Assembly: GCA_037447435.1 (NCBI GenBank)
Contig: JBBIGR010000014.1
Span: 1 to 64,000, forward strand
DNA: 64,000 bases
Direction: 5' to 3'
From: Fibrobacteria bacterium
Lineage (GTDB): Bacteria > Fibrobacterota > Chitinivibrionia > Chitinivibrionales > FEN-1185
Notes under the pieces: generated by a model
Databases searched by the model: none
The model's input: only the letters and a program-made list of their open reading frames with translations
What the model was told of the DNA's origin: nothing
Position numbers and translations under genes: made by a program
Shown here: positions 10,124-17,268 of the stretch, one piece after another
Numbering within the stretch: the stretch's first letter is position 1
Layout: each line of letters opens with the position of its first letter

Positions 10124-10892
10124 TTATTTGAACGAACTTATAAGAAGGATGACATTCAACGCAATCACGATTCCGGCGACCAAAAACAAGGTCCCGCGTT
10201 CAAAGGGCGTATTTGCATATTCGCCCATGACTTTCTTCGACGAGGTGAGATAGATTTGCAGGCCGATCGTTATGGGTAATTGTATGCTGAGCAACATTTG
10301 GGAAATAACGAGCGCGGAAAACGTATTCTTGACAAAAAACACTATGGTCAATCCGCCGATTATCGTTATAGCAACACCCGCTTTCGTCAAAGTGCTATTG
10401 ACGTCATACGCTTTCCCGAACATACCGGTAAAAATCGTTGCACCTGCCATACCTGCGGTAACGCTCCATGCAATACCGGCAAAAAGCAACCCGATCGCAA
10501 AAATATAAGCCGACATGGTTTGAACAACATGTTCAACGCTATGGCCCCGCCTAATAATTCGCAAGAGCGGTTGAAACCGCGGCAAGTAATGCAGTAGCCA
10601 AAACCGGCATTGCCAACCAAGACGGCAAATGCTTTTTGGCTGCTTCTGCATGGCATAATCCGGTTACAATACCAAGGTGCGCCGCATTATGCTGAAGCAA
10701 AATCAGCATGAGGGTCGATAGGGTGACAACCCATAATAAGTCGTAACCGTACATCGCTCCGGCAGCCAAGTTGGAAGCCCAATTGCCGGGGTCGATAAAG
10801 CCGACCGTAACCAGGAGTCCCGGGCCCAAATATTTTAAGGCACCGTTTGCTCTTTTGACAAAATGTTTAAAACGCGGATTGAGAGTGGGCAT
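10124..10892 (-). pseudogene. mntH: NRAMP/MntH divalent metal transporter pseudogene
   Basis: N-terminal LGPGLLVTVGFIDPGNWASN; frameshift near 10560 (STALA|ELLGGAIALNMLF); then a jump to the C-terminal part (ALVISQMLLSIQLP). Only about 255 codons remain of a family protein usually over 400 aa. Confidence 0.88.
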
Positions 10893-10959
10893 GCGGATAA
10901 AATAATTGAGGCAGATTTTCTAATCTGCCTAAAGAAGTCTAATCATTATAAAGGTCAAT

Positions 10960-11277
10960 TTATGCAAGAAGATCGATCACTTCACCTATCATTTTATCCT
11001 GAGTTTTGAGCACTTTTAAATTTGCCGTCATGTCGTTTTTATTGATTGTCATATTGACCATTTGTTGAGCAAGATCGGTACCCGATGTTGTCGAGTCGGG
11101 GTTCGGTGTTCGCGTTGTGCCGGTAAATTGCACTCCACCGGTAGCCATTTCAACCTGATTGGCATTCATTTGTTCAAAGCCCGGCGTCGTCATATTTGCG
11201 ATATTATGCGCTGCCACATCCTGGCGAGCCAACGGTACACGGACTCCGGAAATTGCAGCATTCATGGCTATAGACAT
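10960..11277 (-). CDS. Small flagellar basal-body rod/hook-motif protein
   Basis: N-terminal AISG...AHNIANMTTPGF and C-terminal TDLAQQMVNM...ANLKVLKTQDKMIGEVIDLLA, with almost no central domain. Confidence 0.8.
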   Translation of the reverse strand: MSIAMNAAISGVRVPLARQDVAAHNIANMTTPGFEQMNANQVEMATGGVQFTGTTRTPNPDSTTSGTDLAQQMVNMTINKNDMTANLKVLKTQDKMIGEVIDLLA

Positions 11278-11375
11278 AGGAACTCTTTTCTATACCGCAA
11301 CGGGACCTTGTTTTAGGCGTCTATGAAAATTATACCACAATATCCATAAAAAAACAAGAACGGTAAACCGGCGAA

Positions 11376-11852
11376 TTATAATGTCCCCAGTAAATTCATA
11401 CAGCATTTTTTAAACTTTTTGCCGCTTCCGCACGGGCATGGATCGTTTCGATTAACATCGGTGTAATTCTTTTTATACGTCTCGCCTTTTAGGGAGCCGT
11501 CGTTTTTCAACCGCTGCCTGAATTCGGTATCCAGCATATCTATACCTTCTTCCCAACGAGAAGCCTGGGGGAGTTTTCCGGTCTCGCTCAAATATTTGAA
11601 AAAAGTGGAAATCAGAGAAGGAATTCCTTTTTTGGCCTCAAGAGGGAGATTTAAATGCGCCATTCCCTGAAACAATATCAGCTTCATCGTTTCGAGCGAA
11701 AAATCATTTGTTAAAACAGATCCTTTTTCGCGGGATAATCTTAAAAATTCCGCGATGATTCCCAACCCGTGTTCCTTGACCGAAGGGTCAAGCAATAAAA
11801 AATAAGAAGATTCGCAGAACTCGTCTATTGAAGATTCTATGATTTCCATCAT
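11376..11852 (-). CDS. SEC-C metal-binding motif protein
   Basis: C-terminal [17 protein letters not shown]. Confidence 0.85.
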   Translation of the reverse strand: MMEIIESSIDEFCESSYFLLLDPSVKEHGLGIIAEFLRLSREKGSVLTNDFSLETMKLILFQGMAHLNLPLEAKKGIPSLISTFFKYLSETGKLPQASRWEEGIDMLDTEFRQRLKNDGSLKGETYKKNYTDVNRNDPCPCGSGKKFKKCCMNLLGTL

Positions 11853-12015
11853 ACATTTTTTCCGGTTATGATTTGTTTAATTTCCATCAATACGTCCCGC
11901 ACTTTTCATATTTTCGTTGAGGCATTAAAATATATCGCAACGGTAATTCGCCAGTTTTCTATTTCATTAAAATTATTAAGACCATGATCCATGAAATTAA
12001 AAGTATTTTGTTGCC

Positions 12016-12684
12016 ATGACAATACCAATATTATTCGAAGATGCAGACATAATTGCGGCAAACAAGCCCGACGGAATTGCGACAATCCCCGGAAGTGAAC
12101 AAGGGAAAGATACGCTTTTAGGACTGATTTCCGCCCAATATCCCCAAAAGATATTCGTTGTGCATCGCCTTGACAAAGACGTAAGCGGCGTGATTTTATT
12201 TGCAAAAAACGCGGCAGCGCATAAAAGCCTCAACGAACAGTTTTTCAACAGAACGATTCACAAAACATATATGGCCCTGGTTTATGGAACTCTGGATAAA
12301 CAGCAGGGATCCATCAGCAAGCCGATTCATAAATTCGGATCGGGCCGAATGGGCATCGATGAGATTCGGGGAAAACCAAGTTGTACGGATTACGAACTGG
12401 TTGAAGCCCTTCCCGATTATTCTCTTGTAAAGGCTTTTCCGAAAACCGGTCGCAGGCATCAGATCCGCGTCCATTTTTACAGTATCGGACATTCGATAGC
12501 CGGCGATACGCAATATGGCGACAAAAGCGCAATGAAACCATTTCCTCGAATGATGCTACATGCCCATTCCATAACGTTTAAGCTGCAAAACGGCGAAGAA
12601 AAATCGGTCGATTGCCCGCTTCCCGAATCGTTTACATCGGTCATCGACGGGTTAAGAGAATCTCCCAAGCAGATTATGCAATAG
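12016..12684 (+). CDS. RluA-family pseudouridine synthase
   Basis: ANKPDG, VHRLDKDVSG, TGRRHQIRVH, GDTQYG, LHA. Confidence 0.92.
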   Translation: MTIPILFEDADIIAANKPDGIATIPGSEQGKDTLLGLISAQYPQKIFVVHRLDKDVSGVILFAKNAAAHKSLNEQFFNRTIHKTYMALVYGTLDKQQGSISKPIHKFGSGRMGIDEIRGKPSCTDYELVEALPDYSLVKAFPKTGRRHQIRVHFYSIGHSIAGDTQYGDKSAMKPFPRMMLHAHSITFKLQNGEEKSVDCPLPESFTSVIDGLRESPKQIMQ

Positions 12685-12692
12685 GCAATAAT

Positions 12693-13103
12693 TCATTGCG
12701 TAATTTGGTTTAAGATCGCTTTTATTTCAACAGGTAATTCCGGGCGTCCTCTTGTGTTAAGGGCTGTTCCGATGATTTTGCCTTTTAAAATCAGTTTATC
12801 ATCGGCTTTCCTGAAAATATCCTGATAAAACGCTATTTTAATTTCGGATTCCTTTGCCATAGTCAACTTTACGATAAATTCATCGCCGCTTGATAACGGG
12901 TATTTGTAATCCAATTCGGCCCGTACCACGACAAAATTTATCCCTTTCATGGCGAATTCTTTAAAATTTATCCCGATGTGTTTCAAATATTCGTGCCGAA
13001 CGTGTTCCAAATAATTCTGATAGACGGAATTGTTGACAATTCCTTGAATATCACATTCATAATCGCGTACCGACATTTCCATTGCAAATGAAGAAATAGA
13101 CAT
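12693..13103 (-). CDS. Acyl-CoA thioesterase (YbgC/4HBT hotdog family)
   Basis: VRDYECDIQGIVNNSVYQNYLEHVR; start at the ATG at 13103 after a GAGGT RBS. Confidence 0.88.
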   Translation of the reverse strand: MSISSFAMEMSVRDYECDIQGIVNNSVYQNYLEHVRHEYLKHIGINFKEFAMKGINFVVVRAELDYKYPLSSGDEFIVKLTMAKESEIKIAFYQDIFRKADDKLILKGKIIGTALNTRGRPELPVEIKAILNQITQ

Positions 13104-13199
13104 GATTACCTCTTTGGGAATAATGAAATCGCTCCGTATTGAAAATACACTTTTCATCGCAATTAAAAAGCAGCAAATTGCAATGCATCAGAAAACGAA

Positions 13200-13226
13200 A
13201 ACCCCATTGTATACTGCAACGGGGTT
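13200..13226 (-). terminator. Probable intrinsic terminator after the DUF362 gene
   Basis: Imperfect stem AACCCCATTGTA-TAC-TGCAACGGGGTT with an adjacent A-run (U-tract on the minus strand). Confidence 0.5.
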
Positions 13227-13255
13227 ATTATTTCGAATGGAAGTGAATATCCGTT

Positions 13256-14485
13256 TTATGAAAGCAGCATTATTTTTCCTTTAAGAATTTCACTTCCCGC
13301 TTGTATTGCATAGAAATAGGTTCCCGGCAAAACTTTAAATCCGGCAAACGTTTGCTGACTCCAAACCAATGAATTATCAGACCAAATTTGCATACCTTGT
13401 GCATTGAAAATCGACAACATAACAGTTCCGGACGGCTTATTCTTTAAAGTAAATGTGATCCGACGCCCGTTTTCAAATTGTTCGATGGCAACCTGCATGC
13501 CCAATTTTTCCATCTTTTGCCCGCCGGTGACGACATTCGTCGTGTAAGGCGGGCCGATAGTGACTATTTCCATCGCGTTCGGATCGTTAGTACCGAGCCC
13601 GTAGGCGGGTTTTGCGGCATTTGTCAAAATGGTATTGGCAACCGCTTGCCGGTCTGCAGATAACCCCTTTGATTTGAGAATTTGCAGGCCCTGATAATCC
13701 GCTGCAACGGTGTCTTTGCTTGCTATAATGGAATATGCGACCGCGTTTGCCATACCGGCCGGGCCGGATGCCTCGGTGCAAAGGGTGATCGCATCGATAA
13801 GCACCAATACCTGTTTGTCCTTGAACATCTGTTGGCTGTTGAGTATTGCAAGAGACGGCGAAGTAGAGCTCTGAAAATTGGCGTGTATTGCGCCGCTTAA
13901 GGGAGCTCCCCCGACTGAACCCATATTGTTCTTCATCGACAAGGTCACCCCTGCGGTGTTTGAGCCTACTGCCCAACAAATAGGCAAATTGATCAGGTAA
14001 TCGCAGTTGACGATTTCGTCTTTTATCTTATACGTCGTCCCTCCGATCGAAAAAGAAGGACCGTTCGCACTTCCGCCGGTGCCACTGGTGATGACGTTGA
14101 TATTGCTCGCCGGGTATGTTCCGTTAAGCATTGACGTAAGACCGGAAATGAGGGCGTCACGTACCGTAGTTATGCTCGGAGAACTGCCGGCGCTGCTCTC
14201 ATTGTATTTGATCGCAATTTTGGTTGCGCTGGTAATCGGTTTTGGAAAGAGTGCCTCGTAGGCAGCAGCTTTTGCAGTTTTACCGGTCAAGGCCATTATT
14301 GCATGGTCCACCATGTCTTTGACTTTCGTTGCGTTGACCGCCTTATTGACATAGCATTGCGGATCGTTCGCGATAACCACTTTCGATTTTGCAGCCTGCC
14401 CAAAGGCCATACCCTTAACGGCTGGTCCAACCGACACTGCAGCGCCCGCTATGGCTGTTTTCTTTAAGAAATCCCTTCGTTTCAT
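13256..14485 (-). CDS. TAT-signal DUF362-like protein with FlgD/T9SS-like C-terminal domain
   Basis: MKRRDFLK twin-arginine signal; IAIKYN, LINLP...AGVTLSMKNNMG, SKDTVAAD; tail LSIFNAQG...PGTYFY...GKIMLLS. Confidence 0.75.
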   Translation of the reverse strand: MKRRDFLKKTAIAGAAVSVGPAVKGMAFGQAAKSKVVIANDPQCYVNKAVNATKVKDMVDHAIMALTGKTAKAAAYEALFPKPITSATKIAIKYNESSAGSSPSITTVRDALISGLTSMLNGTYPASNINVITSGTGGSANGPSFSIGGTTYKIKDEIVNCDYLINLPICWAVGSNTAGVTLSMKNNMGSVGGAPLSGAIHANFQSSTSPSLAILNSQQMFKDKQVLVLIDAITLCTEASGPAGMANAVAYSIIASKDTVAADYQGLQILKSKGLSADRQAVANTILTNAAKPAYGLGTNDPNAMEIVTIGPPYTTNVVTGGQKMEKLGMQVAIEQFENGRRITFTLKNKPSGTVMLSIFNAQGMQIWSDNSLVWSQQTFAGFKVLPGTYFYAIQAGSEILKGKIMLLS

Positions 14486-14562
14486 GAAAATCTCCCCCTG
14501 AAAAAAAAAAGAACAATAATCGTTGTTGCGTTCCGATTACGGCCGTTGAGAAAAGCGACTGT

Positions 14563-15150
14563 TTAGGGTCCTACTTTTCGCTTTAACGCGTTCAAAATCT
14601 TTTCCGTTGCGGCGATCGCTTGGCTCTTGTCGCCGGGTGTCGATAGATAAATCTGAAAGAAAAACCTGTTGAAATGAGCATACGCCATATCACCCAACAA
14701 TGGGGCGGTATCAAGTATCGCAGCCGAAGGGGAAAATGAAGCAAATGACGCTTTCTCGGCTACATAATTGCCACTAAAAATGGTGTCGAATATAACGGCT
14801 GCTTTGGCAATTGTGCCAAAATCCATTGCCAATATTCTGCATGCTGTGTCGCCGCTAACGATATGTTGGTCAGCAATTCGGACAGCACCTTGGTCGACGT
14901 ACAATTGGGCCAAACCGTTTACCGCCATAAAAAAAGTGGTATCGGGCGAATAATATCGTACGGGAATGTTGTCGTCTTCCTTCCATGGAACAATATCTGT
15001 GTTGCTTAATACCACTTGCGCCAGCGGTACCGTTGAAGGCGGTTCGCTCGACACCGGAGCCCCCGGCGAGCAAAGGTTAAATAAGGGAAGCAACGCGGCA
15101 ACAAAATAAAAAATCATAAAATCCACTAGTAAAACAATAGGTCGTTTCAT
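14563..15150 (-). CDS. Exported hypothetical protein (DUF6599-like, possibly a lipoprotein)
   Basis: Hydrophobic N-terminus ending LFNLC; YSPDTTFFMAVNGLAQLY and MDFGT segments; co-oriented upstream of the DUF362 gene. Confidence 0.5.
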   Translation of the reverse strand: MKRPIVLLVDFMIFYFVAALLPLFNLCSPGAPVSSEPPSTVPLAQVVLSNTDIVPWKEDDNIPVRYYSPDTTFFMAVNGLAQLYVDQGAVRIADQHIVSGDTACRILAMDFGTIAKAAVIFDTIFSGNYVAEKASFASFSPSAAILDTAPLLGDMAYAHFNRFFFQIYLSTPGDKSQAIAATEKILNALKRKVGP

Positions 15151-15507
15151 ACGGTACCCCTAAAATAGACTTGAGGGTTAATGATATAGCCGTTACTTGA
15201 GCGGTTTTGAAGAGATTTGTTTATGAGTACCCACACCACTGTGAGTTAATTTAAGATTTTGTTTCCTCTATTACATCCTGATTCAATGTAACGAATTTCA
15301 AACGAGTGTATATTTTTATACACCCGTTTTTAAAGACAAAACAAATCAAAAGTACCGATTGAGATAGAATAAACCAGGGAAAAGGATTCCCGAGTATCTT
15401 ATGGAGAGCATGACAGGGAGTTAGGTTTATTGGAAAAGGAGAAGACAATTCAGAACATTCTAACATGCAGCCTAATATTCTTGTTTACTTATTTTCCTGC
15501 CGATTAG

Positions 15508-15550
15508 AGAAGCATTCCTCACAAAAAAACATGAAGAATGCTTCTTATTT
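15508..15550. terminator. Possible intrinsic terminator
   Basis: AGAAGCATTC...GAATGCTTCT followed by TATTT, downstream of the SOR gene. Confidence 0.4.
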
Positions 15551-15591
15551 ATAAGAACGGTTTTCCTATTTTGGGAATTTTTTCATTTACT

Positions 15592-16155
15592 TTAAGCAGG
15601 AACCGCTTCTGCCTGCCAATACCCATGAACGGAACAAACTTCTATAACCCGCACTTTAGCCCCTGCTGCTTTTGTATAAAATGTGGCCGCCGGAGTGGAT
15701 GAGAGCGATAGTGAAATCCGTGCGATATATTTGTCGTCAATATAGCAATCCAAAAACTGAATATGATGCGCTTCTTCCATAGGATGCAACTTTTTTCCTA
15801 TCCTCACGCTTATTTCATACGTCGGAGTTTCAGATATCAATGACGACTTCTTTTTGGCAGTTATGGCGGGAGTGTGGGAAATTCCAGCATCCTTATAATT
15901 GGAAATCGCATCGCTGAAAACGGTATTATTCTCTTTATATTGGTCTTTTGGCGCGAAGCAAACAGGACAATTTTCAGGTGCAGCGCCAAATTCAACATGC
16001 CCGCATTTGCTGCAGACATAAATATCTTTAGCCGGCATTGCTTTTTCTTCATTTGCCGAAATCGAGAACACCGGCCCGGTGGCAAGAACAGCAGCTCCAA
16101 CTGCCGCGGTTTCAATAAAATCCCGACGGCTCATTGAATTGTTTGAATTGATCAT
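15592..16155 (-). CDS. TAT-exported superoxide reductase (desulfoferrodoxin/neelaredoxin domain) with an N-terminal rubredoxin-like domain
   Basis: SRRDFI signal; CSKC...CPVC; SHTP, HPMEEAHHI and CSVHG give the 4His/1Cys ligand set. Confidence 0.85.
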   Translation of the reverse strand: MINSNNSMSRRDFIETAAVGAAVLATGPVFSISANEEKAMPAKDIYVCSKCGHVEFGAAPENCPVCFAPKDQYKENNTVFSDAISNYKDAGISHTPAITAKKKSSLISETPTYEISVRIGKKLHPMEEAHHIQFLDCYIDDKYIARISLSLSSTPAATFYTKAAGAKVRVIEVCSVHGYWQAEAVPA

Positions 16156-16260
16156 AAACACCCCTTAATAAAACGTTAAAGTTATAAAAACACTTTATGC
16201 AAAGCCAATCAACCTATTCAGTATTTAATGAACAGACAATTTTAATTTATCGTTCTATCA

Positions 16261-16276
16261 TGCAATTACTGTGCCG
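16261..16276 (-). promoter_or_regulatory. Sigma54-like promoter upstream of the SOR gene
   Basis: Minus strand CGGCAC-AGTAA-TTGCA, with exact GG-N10-GC spacing. Confidence 0.6.
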
Positions 16277-16398
16277 ACATCGAAAAGTTGTCCCCGGCCA
16301 CACACACAAAGTGTTTTTCCGGATTGAGCCGCAAGTTGATTAAGCAGCTGCTCGCAGGTAATACGGCAAACAGCATCAAACTAAAACTAAGCAAAATT

Positions 16399-16425
16399 TA
16401 TAGCAAAATCCTTTTTCCCCGATAA
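16399..16425 (+). promoter_or_regulatory. Sigma28 (FliA)-like promoter
   Basis: TATA-N15-CCCGATAA versus consensus TAAA-N15-GCCGATAA. Confidence 0.45.
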
Positions 16426-16547
16426 CTAATTCAAAGGGGCAAATTAAAGAGGTCTGTAATTCAGGTTTAATAAAGTGCTAAATTTGTTTTCCGTTCTCTG
16501 TTTCCGGTTTTTTGTACTACATTTCAACCAATGTCCGAGGAGGTTTT

Positions 16548-17078
16548 ATGGATTTATCTCAAGCTTCAATCTCATCAGGCGGAGCCCAAGTTCAAAATGC
16601 GCAAGGGCATCATCACAAGCATAAAAGTATTTCCGATCAGCTGTCCTCGATGTCGTCCGCGATCGATAACGCGGTGAAATCGGGTAAATTGACAGAGGAT
16701 CAAGCAGCCGCAATGAAGAAAAAACTTGATGATGTCAAACAAACCTTGGATAAGAACCAAACAACCGGCGGAAATTCTGCCGGTTCGCTGTCTCAATTGT
16801 CGGATGACGACAAAAAGAAAATCTTCGGCGAACTTCAAGATGTCCGAAAGCAACTTCATTCCGCAATTGCACCGAAGTCTGCAGCAACCGGAACAACAAG
16901 CGATCAAATGAATAAAATGTTTGCAGCTATGGATGCAAATAACGATGGGTCCGTAACAAAAGAAGAATTCGCATCGTTTATGAGTTCTGTAGCACAAAAG
17001 GGTGGATATAATGCCCAGGGAGCCATTTCATCGGACGCCGATTCCGGGGTTCAGGGCGGCCTTTCGGTATCTGCATAA
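16548..17078 (+). CDS. EF-hand-containing low-complexity protein
   Basis: AGGAGG RBS before the ATG at 16548; GHHHKH; canonical EF-hand DANNDGSVTKEE; no Sec signal. Confidence 0.8.
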   Translation: MDLSQASISSGGAQVQNAQGHHHKHKSISDQLSSMSSAIDNAVKSGKLTEDQAAAMKKKLDDVKQTLDKNQTTGGNSAGSLSQLSDDDKKKIFGELQDVRKQLHSAIAPKSAATGTTSDQMNKMFAAMDANNDGSVTKEEFASFMSSVAQKGGYNAQGAISSDADSGVQGGLSVSA

Positions 17079-17106
17079 CACAGAAAAATTGTCTTTTCCT
17101 TTTAAG

Positions 17107-17143
17107 AGGTACTTGGGAAATCATTTCCGTAAGTACCTTTTTT
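17107..17143 (+). terminator. Intrinsic terminator
   Basis: AGGTACTT-GGGAAATCATTTCCGT-AAGTACCT followed by a T-run. Confidence 0.7.
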
Positions 17144-17268
17144 GCTTTTTTCCAAATAAAAATCATTCCCTATATACGTCAAACTCATAATCGGTTATTT
17201 TAATCCGATGTACCGCAACCGGATAAATCCGGCCGCGATCACATCAACTTCTTTTTAAGGATTGCGAA

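Noticed and set aside
42..10553. TAG read-through or recoding to explain the stops at 42-44 and 10551-10553
   Set aside because: TAG ends intact genes here (e.g. 12684, 19008, 30171); the mntH lesion is a frameshift, and a TAA also blocks the first frame.
11291..11317. Sigma28 promoter for the mini rod-protein gene
   Set aside because: TAAA...GCGGTATA has the wrong spacing (13) and a poor -10.
15251..15466. 71-aa minus-strand ORF in the intergenic gap
   Set aside because: No RBS or recognisable motif; treated as non-coding.
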